Shown piece after piece: positions 18,634 to 29,061 of a stretch of 64,000 bases of DNA (position 1 is the first letter of the stretch; the number at the start of each line of letters is the position of its first letter). The DNA comes from an uncultured Clostridia bacterium (GTDB lineage: Bacteria > Bacillota > Clostridia > Christensenellales > CAG-917). The notes beneath the pieces were generated by a model that was not told where the DNA came from, did not search any database, and was given only the letters and a program-made list of their open reading frames with translations. The stretch covers positions 121,035 to 185,034 of the forward strand of contig CAKQUV010000001.1 in NCBI GenBank assembly GCA_934277615.1, read 5' to 3'. The translations under genes were made by a program, and so were the position numbers.

Positions 18634-19323
18634 TTGTGGTATAATATGGATATGGTCAATATAGGAAACAGTTGGGATGCAATACTGAAAGAGGATTTTG
18701 AGAGCGAAAGTTATCAAAATCTGCGCAAATTTTTGGCGCAAGAGTATCGTGCGCATACGGTTTATCCCGATATGCACGACATTTTCAACGCGCTAAAAGC
18801 AACACCCTACGAGGCGGTGAAAGCGGTGATTTTGGGACAAGACCCCTATCACGGAGAAGGACAAGCTCACGGTATGTGCTTTTCCGTAAAGCCAAACGTC
18901 CCCGCTCCGCCCTCGCTTGTCAACATATTCAAGGAAATCGAGAGCGACGTAGGCGTAAAAAACACGTCGCCGTACCTTGTCAACTGGGCAAAGCAAGGCG
19001 TACTTCTTCTCAACACCGTGCTCACCGTGCGCGAAGGACAGCCCAACTCGCATAGGGGCATGGGCTGGGAAGTGCTGACAGACAGCATTATAAGAAAACT
19101 CAACGCGCGCAAAGAGCCTATCGTGTTTATGCTTTGGGGCGCAAACGCACGCTCCAAAAAGGCGTTGATAACCAATCCGCAACACTTGATTTTGGAATGT
19201 CCGCACCCCTCGCCCTTGTCGGCATACGCAGGATTTTTCGGCTGCAAGCACTTCTCAAAGTGCAACGACTTCCTCGCAAAGCACGGACAAACGCCCATTG
19301 ACTGGCGCACGGACGTACAATAA
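18634..19323 (+). CDS. ung: Uracil-DNA glycosylase (family 1)
   Basis: Motifs are GQDPYH, the water-activating loop and HPSPLS. The start may be M5 or M7 instead. Confidence 0.9.
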   Translation: MWYNMDMVNIGNSWDAILKEDFESESYQNLRKFLAQEYRAHTVYPDMHDIFNALKATPYEAVKAVILGQDPYHGEGQAHGMCFSVKPNVPAPPSLVNIFKEIESDVGVKNTSPYLVNWAKQGVLLLNTVLTVREGQPNSHRGMGWEVLTDSIIRKLNARKEPIVFMLWGANARSKKALITNPQHLILECPHPSPLSAYAGFFGCKHFSKCNDFLAKHGQTPIDWRTDVQ

Positions 19324-19341
19324 GAATATAAGAGGTATTAT

Positions 19342-19563
19342 ATGGATATCGCAAGAATAAACGAACTGGCAAAAAAGGCAAAAACCGTCGAACTCACCGA
19401 CGAGGAAAAAGCCGAGCAAGCAAAACTCCGCAAGGAATATATCCAAAGCGTCGTGGGCGACTTGCGCTCGCAACTTGACAACACCTACGTGCTGGACAAG
19501 GACGAAAACAAGGTCAAACTCACCGACTACAACAAAAATAACCAACCCCCGACGGATAAATAA
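19342..19563 (+). CDS. DUF896/UPF0291 family small protein
   Basis: INELAKKAKTVELTDEEKAEQAKLRKEYIQSVVGDLRSQL matches the YnzC-like pattern. Confidence 0.7.
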   Translation: MDIARINELAKKAKTVELTDEEKAEQAKLRKEYIQSVVGDLRSQLDNTYVLDKDENKVKLTDYNKNNQPPTDK

Positions 19564-19623
19564 CTTGATAATTGTCCGCACACGGATTATAATAAAAACT
19601 CAGTCAAACATCAGAGGGAAACA

Positions 19624-20166
19624 ATGGACAGATTTTACACCGTTGACATCAAAGGCTACAAAGCCGATTTACCTATACTTCCGCTCCCCAACGGGATTAG
19701 TATTTGCTTTTTCAACTTGCACGGCAATCAAGAGATGACCGAGCATTGCGGAAAAGAACTTGCCAAACTTCTCCACGGCTGCGATATCGTTCTCACCGCA
19801 GAGTCCAAAGGCTTGCAACTCTCGCACGTAATCGCGCGTGAACTCGGACAAAAGTATTACGCCGTATGCCGCAAGTCCAAAAAGCTCTATATGCAGGACG
19901 GCATAGAAACAAGCGTGCAATCAATCACCACGGGCGGCACTCAAACGCTGTATTTGTCCAAGCATGACGCAGACCTTCTCAAAGGCAAGAAAGTGGCAAT
20001 CGTCGACGACGTGGTATCCACCGGCGGCAGCCTCAAAGGTCTTGAACAAATCGTAAATCTCGCAGGCGGAATTATCTACAAAAAGGCTTTCGTACTTGCA
20101 GAGGGCGATGCGGCAAACCGCGACGATATAGTGTATCTCGCAAAGATTCCAATCATCACAGACTAA
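19624..20166 (+). CDS. Phosphoribosyltransferase-family protein (Apt/Xpt-like)
   Basis: The PRPP-binding motif is KVAIVDDVVSTGGSL. Confidence 0.7.
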   Translation: MDRFYTVDIKGYKADLPILPLPNGISICFFNLHGNQEMTEHCGKELAKLLHGCDIVLTAESKGLQLSHVIARELGQKYYAVCRKSKKLYMQDGIETSVQSITTGGTQTLYLSKHDADLLKGKKVAIVDDVVSTGGSLKGLEQIVNLAGGIIYKKAFVLAEGDAANRDDIVYLAKIPIITD

Positions 20167-20251
20167 TCGATATTTGTTGAAATCGGCATTTTATAATGCC
20201 GATTTGCATTGATAAACGCTTTATTGCGACAAAAAAGACACAATTTGACTT

Positions 20252-21472
20252 ATGCTTGAACTATTGATGCCTGCAGGCAATCTCAAAAAACTCAAAACTG
20301 CTTTCCACTTCGGCGCGGACGCCGTGTATATCGGCGGCAAGCAGTTTTCTTTGCGCGCCTTTGCGGACAACTTCACCGAAGAAGAGATGATAGAAGGCAT
20401 AAATTTTGCTCACGCGTTGGGCAAAAAAGTCTATGTTACCGTCAACATTTTTGCCAAAAATTCCGACCTCGAAAAGGCAAAAACTTACTTTGAATTTTTG
20501 CAAAAAATCGGCGCTGACGCAGTGCTTATAAGCGATATAGGTCTTGTAACGCTTTGCAAGGAAGTTGCCCCCAATCTTACGATACACCTCTCCACCCAAG
20601 CCAACACAACCAACCTGCTTGCAGTCAAATTTTGGCAAACCATGGGCGTAAAGCGCGTGGTACTTGCGCGCGAACTCGGCTATGACGAGATACTTGCCAT
20701 TCACAACGCCGTGCCTGATATGGAGTTTGAGGCGTTTGTGCACGGCGCAATGTGCATGAGTTACAGCGGACGTTGCTTGCTATCCTCTTATTTCAGCGAC
20801 CGCAGCGCGAACAGAGGCGCTTGCATACAGCCTTGCCGTTGGGGTTATCGCATCACGGAAACGGAGCGCCACGAGGGCAAACCGCTTGATATCGAGCAAG
20901 ACGAGAGAGGCACGTACTTTATGAACAGTCGCGATTTGCGACTTTTGCGCCACATCCCCGAAATTGCGCAATCCGGCATCGTTTCACTCAAAGTGGAAGG
21001 ACGTATGAAGAGCGAATTTTACGTCGCAACGGTGGCGTGCGCATATCGCAAGGCAATTGACGAGTATTTGTCCACTGGGCGCATTGACGACGTTGATATG
21101 CTTGAAACGCGCCTTGAAACAGTTGCTCATCGCACATATACCGACGCATATTTTGACGGCGACAATCTCAACACCGTATGTATGGACGAGGGGCAATCCG
21201 CAGAAAAATACATCTTCACTGCCGTCGTTCTCGACTATTCGGACGGCATAGTAACGGTCGAAATGCGCAATCGTTTCAGATCGAACGACGTTTTGCGAAT
21301 TCTCTCTCCCGACGAAAACGTTGATGACAAACTTTTCACCATCGGCGAGATAACCGACGTTCAATCGGGCGAAAAAACGGACGACGCAAAACTTGTGCAA
21401 CGCACGTATTCCTTTGCTTGCCCATACGCCGTGCAGAAAGGCGATTTGTTGCTTAAAGACGCCGGTATATAA
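20252..21472 (+). CDS. Peptidase U32 family protein
   Basis: LELLMPAGNLKKLKTAFHFGADAVYIGG and the E..VHGAMCMSYSGRC motif are typical of U32. Confidence 0.85.
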   Translation: MLELLMPAGNLKKLKTAFHFGADAVYIGGKQFSLRAFADNFTEEEMIEGINFAHALGKKVYVTVNIFAKNSDLEKAKTYFEFLQKIGADAVLISDIGLVTLCKEVAPNLTIHLSTQANTTNLLAVKFWQTMGVKRVVLARELGYDEILAIHNAVPDMEFEAFVHGAMCMSYSGRCLLSSYFSDRSANRGACIQPCRWGYRITETERHEGKPLDIEQDERGTYFMNSRDLRLLRHIPEIAQSGIVSLKVEGRMKSEFYVATVACAYRKAIDEYLSTGRIDDVDMLETRLETVAHRTYTDAYFDGDNLNTVCMDEGQSAEKYIFTAVVLDYSDGIVTVEMRNRFRSNDVLRILSPDENVDDKLFTIGEITDVQSGEKTDDAKLVQRTYSFACPYAVQKGDLLLKDAGI

Positions 21473-21521
21473 ACTTTATAATTTAAAATTATTCTGCATT
21501 ATTAAAAACTAAAATCAAAAA

Positions 21522-22068
21522 ATGCAACTTTCCCCCTTCCTCATGGTGTTTGGACTTCGGCGTTTGCGCACCGCAATCCGCCTCGTTCGCTTTGGCTACG
21601 ACACATTCACCGAATGTGTCGCTTAACGCGTCGCGCCCATATTCCGTTCCCCCTCTGCGCAATGCTTGAGGGAACCCACGGAACTGCTCCGCAGGGGGCA
21701 ACACGACGCGATTGACTTCGTAACAATCGCTATTCCGTCGCTTCGCTCCTTACGGCACGCGCATAGACAAGTATCGTTCCCTCATTATGCCACTCGTTCG
21801 CCGATAAAAAGAACAACACTTATCGGCTCACTTGTACTGCACCCACAAGGCTTCCACACACAAAAGACAAGCGAACGATAGCGCAATATATAAGATGAAA
21901 GCGCAGTCTTTTGTGTGAAGGAAAAAAGGAGCACCAAGGCAAAAAGCAAGCAATTGGCACAAGTGACAATTGTGGCTAAAAGCCTTGTGTGTGACGCAAG
22001 CTTGGCGCTCGATGCGGTCGGCGCCTTGCGCCTCCAGCTCCGAATAAGCACATACCGTTTACATATGC
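21522..22068 (-). ncRNA. Candidate structured RNA/repeat family, copy A (with ~170-nt hairpin insertion)
   Basis: Its reverse complement aligns with copies B and C over conserved blocks (gtgccgtaaggagcgaagcgacggaatagcgattg; atatgggcgcgacgcgttaa; gtagccaaagcgaacgaggcggattgcggtgcgcaaacgccgaagtccaaa). Stems differ by compensatory changes. Confidence 0.5.
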
Positions 22069-22115
22069 GTTTCTAATATGTTACATATCTATAATAAATT
22101 ATATTATAATAAACA

Positions 22116-22148
22116 ATAAAAAAGCACGCAATATTGCGTGCTTTTTTA
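22116..22148. terminator. Bidirectional intrinsic terminator
   Basis: Stem gcacgca/tgcgtgc with loop atat, flanked by aataaaaaa and tttttt. It lies downstream of the minus-strand membrane-protein operon. Confidence 0.7.
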
Positions 22149-22167
22149 TTGTTTAAATTGTTTGCAA

Positions 22168-24081
22168 TTAAGCCGTTACAGGCACATCGACGGCATCCGT
22201 TGCAGCAGGTGTTTCGCTGCTCTCGCCGTTTTCGGGAGTTTCGGGATTTTCCGGATTATCCTCCGAGCCGAGTTCCTTTGCAAGCATAATACGGTCGCGA
22301 GAATCTTCCGTTCTCTTACGAGTCTTTTCACCCATATCACGGCATACGCCTGCTGCGATGATGAGCACAACGCCGACTGCGCCGAGCGTGCAGAACCAGT
22401 TGCGCAAAGCCACAACGTTGATAACCGCAAAGAGCAAGTTGTCGCTGTCAACCCACGTTGCTTGCATGTAGCCGAGCATACCATAGGGAGCGTTCATCGA
22501 GAAGAGGTTGATTTCAAGCGCGTCGTCGTCATTGAGGCAAAGACCGATTTGAAGAGCCGAGCCTTGCGTTGCCGCCGCGATGACGTCTGCAAGATCTTCT
22601 TGAACCAAACCGCCGACCGCTTTCACTGCGCCGATTTGATCGAGCACGCCGAGAACCAAGTTGACGATTTCGTTATCGAGAGACGTGATTGCCATAGGAT
22701 CGCCGAGCATATCGAGAACAAGCCAGTTGATGGGGCGCTTTGTGTAGCCGGTGGAGAACATCATCCAACCGTCCTCGTTGTAGCCGTACATATCCTTGAC
22801 GACGTTTCCGTTTTGATCGACAAGCGTACCTTCATAAGGGAACGAACCGCCATTCTTGACATATTCGTCAACCATTGCCTTGTCGTACAATTGATAGAGG
22901 AAGTTGCCGTCGTCGCTATAAACGGTCTTGCCGCTGCCATCGGGATTCTCATAACCGGGTTGCGTATAGCTCCAGCCCTTGTTGAGGATGAGGCGCAACA
23001 CTACGGGGATAGTCATACGTCCGTTGACTTGTGCGTAAAGGAGAAGCGGATCGTCGAACGTGAGATAACCGTCTTGGTTGAAGCTGTTGTAGTTGTCGAT
23101 AAACAATTTCTTCACGCGCGGATTGTTGAAGCCTTCTTTGAGAAAGCCTTCGTATCCGCCGTTATTGGCGTTGAAGTATTTGTAGATATAGTCTGTGATT
23201 GCAAGACCGAGAGCACGTCTTTCAACGCTGTTGCTGAAAGCATAGTCATAGTCGTTGAGGATGTCGAACTTGTAGATGAAATCAAAAAGTTCAATCTTTG
23301 CAGGATTTGCCTTTCTGAGATTTTCGATGGCTTTGTCTATGGTTTCGATGTCCATATAGTTTTCGTACCATTCGTTAAATCTATCTCTAATATACTCGTT
23401 GTCATATTCAAGTCCGGTGCGTTTTACGAGAGTTTTGTAGGAGAAGTCGCCGTTTTCCTTGATTGTCAATGCGCCGGTATCTGCGTCAACTTCAAATTCG
23501 TTGAGGTTGCCGTTGAGCACGTTGTACATAAAGAAATCTCTTTCGAGTTTTGCATTCTTCTCTGCCTGAGCCTCGCCGTTGTAATACAAGTCCTCGCAAT
23601 AGAGAGTGCTTTGCGTTGCCTTTGCGATTACGTCGGGGAAAATATAGGTAAGAATAAGTCCGAACACGCAAGTGAGGCATACAAACGCAATGAGCGTGCG
23701 CACTGTTTGCGAACGGATGCTTCTCTTGGAGTTCTTTCTCGTTACGACAAGCGCAATCGTCATGAATATCACGCCGAAAAGGCCTGCGATAATCACGCCG
23801 ACGAACGGCCAGAAGGAATAGTACGGCACAAGATTGTGGCACTTGATGCCGAGCACGAGCGAGATTATGAAGATTGGCAGATATGCAAGCACATACAGCA
23901 CAATCGACGCCACCGTATACAAAACGGACGTTCTGGATTGGTCGTTTTTGGTGCGTTTGCTTATCGGAAAGGCTTTATCGACCTTTGTTTCTGCGACTTC
24001 TTCATTGTTTTGTTGCGTATCGACGATTTCGTCTTGAACTGCGTTGTTCATTTCTTCAACTGCATTATAATTGTCGCTCAT
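22168..24081 (-). CDS. Large polytopic membrane protein, unknown function (637 aa)
   Basis: It has an acidic N-terminal tail, about 4 TM helices, a ~400-aa extracytoplasmic domain rich in Y/N/D, C-terminal TMs and an acidic PE-rich tail. It sits 1 nt downstream of the 894-aa gene. Confidence 0.7.
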   Translation of the reverse strand: MSDNYNAVEEMNNAVQDEIVDTQQNNEEVAETKVDKAFPISKRTKNDQSRTSVLYTVASIVLYVLAYLPIFIISLVLGIKCHNLVPYYSFWPFVGVIIAGLFGVIFMTIALVVTRKNSKRSIRSQTVRTLIAFVCLTCVFGLILTYIFPDVIAKATQSTLYCEDLYYNGEAQAEKNAKLERDFFMYNVLNGNLNEFEVDADTGALTIKENGDFSYKTLVKRTGLEYDNEYIRDRFNEWYENYMDIETIDKAIENLRKANPAKIELFDFIYKFDILNDYDYAFSNSVERRALGLAITDYIYKYFNANNGGYEGFLKEGFNNPRVKKLFIDNYNSFNQDGYLTFDDPLLLYAQVNGRMTIPVVLRLILNKGWSYTQPGYENPDGSGKTVYSDDGNFLYQLYDKAMVDEYVKNGGSFPYEGTLVDQNGNVVKDMYGYNEDGWMMFSTGYTKRPINWLVLDMLGDPMAITSLDNEIVNLVLGVLDQIGAVKAVGGLVQEDLADVIAAATQGSALQIGLCLNDDDALEINLFSMNAPYGMLGYMQATWVDSDNLLFAVINVVALRNWFCTLGAVGVVLIIAAGVCRDMGEKTRKRTEDSRDRIMLAKELGSEDNPENPETPENGESSETPAATDAVDVPVTA

Positions 24082-24082
24082 A

Positions 24083-26713
24083 TTATTCTACCTCCTTTTG
24101 CGTATTTTCTTCCGCAGGCAAGGCGGTATCCTCCGTGGAGGTTGCGTCTGCGTCTTGCGCGACGTTTTCGTCTTGCAAAACGTTTTTGCCTTTCTTTTTG
24201 TTGCGTTTTTTGCCCTCTTTCACTATAGCGGTGCCGTTTGCGTATTCACGTTCTTTCTCTGCGCATACAAAGCTGAGGAAGTAGAAGAATACCACAAGAC
24301 CGGTGAAGAACATAAGCATATCTCTGAGCGAGAAGAGCGGATACATTCTCGGTTTGTATGAGAGATCAACCTTGACTTGTCTTACCGCGTCGAGAGAAGT
24401 AAGACCGAGCGCGGACGGATACGTGCCTGCGCCGATGGTGTCGCCAACAAGAATAGAACCCATCATTTTTCCGTACGTTTGAGCTTCGTATTGTGCTTTG
24501 TAGAATTTCTTTACCGCTGCGTCCACTTCGCCCATTTCGGGATCGATAAATTCCCAGAACGGTTTGATGAACGGCGATTGATAGAAATACAAACCTTGCA
24601 ATACGTTTACGAGAATAGAGGTTATGTCGATAACGGGTTGATAATAAGCGCTGCCGTCCGCTCTCTTTGCTTCTTTGAAGAGCGGAATTTCAATGCCGCT
24701 GATACTGAGCCCTTTCACCGTTTCACCGTTGACGGTGAGATCCTTGAGTACAAGACCGCCGACAAGTTTGCCAATGGTGTTTTTCACGAGGATATTGTAA
24801 AGGTCGATGCCGAACGTGTTGAGCACGCCGTCAAGAGCCGTGTTGAGGAATTGAGAGAGGTGATCGAGATCAAACGCATAATCGTCCTCGCCGAGGAGCG
24901 CGTTGTCAAAGTCGATATCGAGCAACACGTCGCCGCCCTCTGTAGCTTTGGCGGGGTTGGTGCCCATATTACCCTCTTCGTCCGCTCTTACGAGTGCGAC
25001 GTAAAGGTTGTCTTTCTTTTGTCCGAAGATTTCGCCTTTGTAAATCAACACAAGGCTTGCGTTCTTCAATTCGTAACTGTCGTCAGCGCCGACCAAGGAT
25101 TTGATGAGTCCGCCGAGCGTTGTTCCGCCGACGGTGCTGTTCATATCTGCGCCCATCTCTTTGAGGCTCCAACCTTTTTCAAGTTTGGTAAGTATAGGTG
25201 CAATGATGTTTGCAATGGTCGTTTGCTTGCCGTCAAAGTTGATGGAAATGCTGTTGATAAGAGGGATTTTTTCGCCGAGTTTCTTGACAATTTCGCTTGC
25301 GCCGTAATCACCGCTTGCGTTCTTGTCGAGCAACAAGTCGAAAAGTTGGTTGTCGCCGAGCAATGCGCCCACTTGAGCAACAAGATAATCGAGTCTACCG
25401 TGAGTCAAAGAGAATCTATCTGTGAAATAAACTTCTTGATCGTAATACGCGCTCTCTCTTGCGCTTGCCTCGGACGTGTAATACGTGTCGCGAGTGGCAA
25501 TTGCGTTTTGAATAATCATCGCAACTTCAGAAGCATACGTGTCGGAGGTTACGATTGTTTGAGATTCATAATAGTCCTCGAGGATTTCAAGAACGTTGTA
25601 AAGACTGAATACCCAGCCATCGGACATCAATCCGTTGGGATTGTAAATACCCGTGCCGTAGTCGCCTTCCGTGGTGTTGACGACGCTCACCGTGCCGCCT
25701 GCCGCACCTTCGGGAAGTTCTTTGCCGTCTGCGTCAACGTATACCGTGCCGACGGGCATCAAGTCTTTGGCGTACCATACGTAAACGTATTGACCGTTCT
25801 TTTTGGACGCGCCGACGGTTTCCCATTTGCCTTTCTTTTCGTTGTATTGAACGGTTTTGTAACCTTTCTCTTTATACCAGTAATTGGAATAGGTTTTTCC
25901 GTTGATAACGAGTTTTCCGTCAATCGGTTTGAGCTCGACAAGTTGATTTCTTTCAACGTCGGTAATTCTGCCGTCGCCCGGCTCAATGTTGTTGTTCTTG
26001 TCGGCATTGACTCTGGATTCGCCGGTATTCTCATCGACGGTAAAACTGATATCCACGCCGACTTCGACCATTCCGTCCTCTTCGTCGGAGATGATGTAGC
26101 CGTAAGTTACGGGCTTGTTGGAGATGTTGCCTGCAACACCGCCCTTGTCTTTGCCTTCCATCTCGACGTTGTAGGCTTTTTTGAGCAAGTCGATTTTTTC
26201 AATGAGTTTGGTCGTCTCGTTCTTGCTTGCCGCATTTGAAGAAAGCGTGCGATAGTAGGAAAGTTGCGTTTTGTAATCTGCAACAGTAACGCCGTCTCCG
26301 TATGCCTTCTTTGCGTCGGCTGCGATTTGCTCGATTTGAGATTCAAACACAGCGTCCATAACAAAGCCGGTCAAAAGCATAACGACAAGGCACGTCGCGA
26401 CAACCGCAAACATTCTCACTCTGCTGCTTTTCACCGTTTTTGCAAGGATGATGTGCACAATGGAAATAATCGCCCAAAGAGCAAATGCGATCCAAACGCC
26501 GTAAAGAGCGGGTGCGGTGATGTACGACTCCATTTGCATGAAGAAACCGAGTGCGCTTGTGCTCACCGTGTCGCCCATAAACGGGTCATGACCGAGGAAC
26601 TTGACTGTCGTGAAACACACGGCAACCATAAACAGCGGAAGACCAAGCATATAGAACACGATTTTCAGTGCGCGATACAACTTGACCTTTTGGTACTGTT
26701 GATTTTGGCTCAT
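24083..26713 (-). CDS. Large polytopic membrane protein, unknown function (~876 aa)
   Basis: RBS aaggag precedes M19 (MSQNQQYQKV), placing the start at 26713. It has 4 N-terminal TMs, a ~650-aa extracytoplasmic domain, a C-terminal TM and a lysine-rich then acidic tail. Confidence 0.7.
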   Translation of the reverse strand: MSQNQQYQKVKLYRALKIVFYMLGLPLFMVAVCFTTVKFLGHDPFMGDTVSTSALGFFMQMESYITAPALYGVWIAFALWAIISIVHIILAKTVKSSRVRMFAVVATCLVVMLLTGFVMDAVFESQIEQIAADAKKAYGDGVTVADYKTQLSYYRTLSSNAASKNETTKLIEKIDLLKKAYNVEMEGKDKGGVAGNISNKPVTYGYIISDEEDGMVEVGVDISFTVDENTGESRVNADKNNNIEPGDGRITDVERNQLVELKPIDGKLVINGKTYSNYWYKEKGYKTVQYNEKKGKWETVGASKKNGQYVYVWYAKDLMPVGTVYVDADGKELPEGAAGGTVSVVNTTEGDYGTGIYNPNGLMSDGWVFSLYNVLEILEDYYESQTIVTSDTYASEVAMIIQNAIATRDTYYTSEASARESAYYDQEVYFTDRFSLTHGRLDYLVAQVGALLGDNQLFDLLLDKNASGDYGASEIVKKLGEKIPLINSISINFDGKQTTIANIIAPILTKLEKGWSLKEMGADMNSTVGGTTLGGLIKSLVGADDSYELKNASLVLIYKGEIFGQKKDNLYVALVRADEEGNMGTNPAKATEGGDVLLDIDFDNALLGEDDYAFDLDHLSQFLNTALDGVLNTFGIDLYNILVKNTIGKLVGGLVLKDLTVNGETVKGLSISGIEIPLFKEAKRADGSAYYQPVIDITSILVNVLQGLYFYQSPFIKPFWEFIDPEMGEVDAAVKKFYKAQYEAQTYGKMMGSILVGDTIGAGTYPSALGLTSLDAVRQVKVDLSYKPRMYPLFSLRDMLMFFTGLVVFFYFLSFVCAEKEREYANGTAIVKEGKKRNKKKGKNVLQDENVAQDADATSTEDTALPAEENTQKEVE

Positions 26714-26940
26714 AATGTTCTCCTTAACTTCTCGTGCCCACGCCCACGTATGTAAGCGTGCGCACAATATATATAATATTACTTTTCTATCATATCATAA
26801 CAAAAATCATATTTCAATACGATTTTTACAATTTTTTCTCGACACAACAAGTTGTGGTCGCACATAACGCCGTGCGAATATGTGGCTTTTATTACACTTC
26901 ACTTGTTTGAAAACGTGCAAAAAGCGTCGTCCGCGAACTT

Positions 26941-27365
26941 GTGCGCAGGCTTATTAACGGACACTCGTTCAAGGCGTTCTTATACACGAAATGTGCCTAT
27001 TCGGAGCTTCGAGCCGCAGGGCGGCGAGCGGATAAGTGCCGAGCTTGACGATTAGTACAAGTGAGCCAACGAGTGTTGTTCTTTTCGTTGGCGAACGAGT
27101 GGCACAACAAGTGAACGATACTCTTCTATGCGAGTGCCGTAAGGAGCGAAGCGACGGAATAGCGATTGCTACGGAGTCAATCGCGTCTTGCCCCTCTTGC
27201 GAACGATGTTTTGCTTAAGTAGAGTAATGATGTGTATTTGAGCAATATGGGCGCGACGCGTTAAGCAACCCGTCTGGTAGACGAGTTGTAGCCAAAGCGA
27301 ACGAGGCGGATTGCGGTGCGCAAACGCCGAAGTCCAAAGCCCGAAGGGAAGGGGTGATGTTGCAT
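26941..27365 (+). ncRNA. Candidate structured RNA/repeat family, copy B
   Basis: Same conserved blocks as copies A and C. The hairpin gccaacga-GTGTTGTTCTTT-tcgttggc reads gccgataa-GTGTTGTTCTTT-ttatcggc in copy A, which is 3 compensatory pairs. Confidence 0.5.
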
Positions 27366-27575
27366 TAGAGGAGTTACTGCGCACTCATTCAAAAAGACTA
27401 TTCTATCGGCGCAATTATTAATAATACAAACCGCATTTTTTGTGTGCATATAATTCGTTTTCGCGTTTTAATCTTAAAACTCGCGCAAAATGATTTTACT
27501 TTAGATATTGCTTTTAGTTCGATTGCAGTATATTATAAAAATACACAGGCGAAAGCCACATTTCAGGAGGAAATT

Positions 27576-28922
27576 ATGTCATATATCAGTGAAGTCATTG
27601 AACAGACCGAATTGAAAAACCCGGGACAACCCCAGTTTATGCAAACGGTTAAAGAGGTTCTTACGTCTCTCGCACCCGCTGTCGAACAACACGAAGAAAC
27701 TATGAGAAAAAACGTTATTCTCGAGCGTCTTGTAGAGCCCGACAGACAAATTATGTTCCGCGTGCCTTGGATGGACGACAACGGCGTATATCACGTCAAT
27801 CGCGGTTTCCGCGTTCAATTCAACAACGCAATCGGACCGTACAAAGGCGGTTTGCGCTTCCAAAAAGACGTCAACCTCGACGCAATGAAGTTCCTCGGCT
27901 TTGAGCAAACTTTCAAAAACTCCCTCACTTCCCTTCCTATGGGCGGTGCAAAGGGCGGCGCAGACTTTGATCCCACCGGCAAGAGCGACGCTGAAATTAT
28001 GCGTTTCTGCCAATCGTTTATGAACGAGCTTTATCGCCACATCGGCCCCAACATGGACGTTCCAGCAGGCGACATGGGCGTTGGTGGAAGAGAAATCGGT
28101 TATCTCTTCGGTCAATACAAGAAAATCGTCGGTTCTTACGAAAACGGCGTTCTCACCGGCAAAGGTTTGAGCTACGGCGGCTCCCTCATTCGCCCCGAAG
28201 CAACAGGATACGGCGCAACGTACTTCCTTGACGAAGTGCTCAAACACGAAGGCGAACAACTCAAGGGCAAGACCTTCTGCCTCAGCGGTTTCGGCAACGT
28301 CGCTTGGGGCGCGACCGCAAAAATCACCGAGCTCGGCGGCAAGGTCGTTACACTCTCCGGTCCCGACGGATATATCTACGATCCGGACGGCGTAAGCGGT
28401 GAAAAGATTGATTATATGCTCGAAATGCGTGCGTCTAACCGCAACAAAGTCAAAGATTACGCAGACAAATACGGTTGTGAATTCGTCGCAGGCAAGAAGC
28501 CTTGGGGCAACGTCAAAGCAGACGTCTATATGCCCTGCGCAAGACAAAACGAAGTCCTCCTCGAAGACGCAGAGGCTATGGTCAAACTCGGAGTTCCCGT
28601 GCTCAACGAAGTTTCCAACATGCCCACCACCAACGAGGCAATCGCATACTTGCAAGATCACGGCGTTCTCATCACTCCGTCCAAAGCGGTCAACGCAGGC
28701 GGCGTAGCGACCAGCGGTCTTGAAATGTCTCAAAACAGCGAACGTCTTTCCTGGACGGCAGAAGAAGTCGATGCAAAACTCAAACAAATCATGAAAGGCA
28801 TCCACAACCAAATCTGCGACGCTCTCAACTCGTACGGCCTCGACTACAACCTCGTCAAAGGTGCAAACCTTGCTGGTTTCAAGAAGGTTTACGAGGCAAT
28901 GCTCGCTCAAGGCATCAACTAA
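27576..28922 (+). CDS. gdhA: NADP-specific glutamate dehydrogenase
   Basis: RBS aggagg plus ATG 27576. Motifs include GPYKGGLRF and LPMGGAKGG. Length is 448 aa. Confidence 0.95.
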   Translation: MSYISEVIEQTELKNPGQPQFMQTVKEVLTSLAPAVEQHEETMRKNVILERLVEPDRQIMFRVPWMDDNGVYHVNRGFRVQFNNAIGPYKGGLRFQKDVNLDAMKFLGFEQTFKNSLTSLPMGGAKGGADFDPTGKSDAEIMRFCQSFMNELYRHIGPNMDVPAGDMGVGGREIGYLFGQYKKIVGSYENGVLTGKGLSYGGSLIRPEATGYGATYFLDEVLKHEGEQLKGKTFCLSGFGNVAWGATAKITELGGKVVTLSGPDGYIYDPDGVSGEKIDYMLEMRASNRNKVKDYADKYGCEFVAGKKPWGNVKADVYMPCARQNEVLLEDAEAMVKLGVPVLNEVSNMPTTNEAIAYLQDHGVLITPSKAVNAGGVATSGLEMSQNSERLSWTAEEVDAKLKQIMKGIHNQICDALNSYGLDYNLVKGANLAGFKKVYEAMLAQGIN

Positions 28923-29044
28923 AAGGCTGTAAAATAGCGAATAACTGCGGCAGCACCCCATGATTTGCAAATCACGTACGACAGTACGTTGGGTTTGCAC
29001 CTCACGGGGTGCTTTCTTGTTCTTCATCTATTTTACAGCCTTTT
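28921..29044 (+). other. Conserved ~125-nt compound hairpin element (copy 2), terminator-like
   Basis: It begins within the gdhA stop codon. It has a perfect 17-bp basal stem aaaaggctgtaaaatag/ctattttacagcctttt. The inner stem is cacccc/ggggtg, where copy 1 has gactgt/acagtc. The ctttcttgttcttcat block is identical in both copies. Confidence 0.45.
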
Positions 29045-29061
29045 AGAATTTATGTTTTATG

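Noticed and set aside
20180-20205. Hairpin aaatcggcat/atgccgattt after the phosphoribosyltransferase gene as an intrinsic terminator
   Set aside because: The stem is good, but no T-run follows, so it is not listed as a feature.
21489-21881. Short ORFs inside the structured repeat copies (21489..21704, 21666..21881, 27036..27218, 27169..27384, 29043..29279, 29265..29450)
   Set aside because: The frames are not conserved between the three copies. Substitutions preserve base pairing rather than codons. Start contexts are absent.
21522-22068. Group II intron, retron or rRNA fragment as an explanation for the structured repeat
   Set aside because: No domain V-like GAGC...hairpin consensus, no reverse-transcriptase ORF nearby, and no resemblance to the 16S/23S conserved stretches I can recall. 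A covariance-model search is still needed.
22138-24228. Very long antisense ORFs opposite real genes: 22138..24228 (696 aa), 24377..26239 (620 aa), 27579..29027 (482 aa), 16740..18023 (427 aa), 1225..2727 (500 aa), 2804..4153 (449 aa), 36161..37159 (332 aa), 40011..40880 (289 aa), 54589..55452 (287 aa), 48464..49291 (275 aa)
   Set aside because: Their translations are low-complexity and rich in V/F/R/H/C. They have no recognisable motifs and no RBS. Each mirrors a confidently identified gene on the other strand. They are shadow ORFs produced by codon bias.
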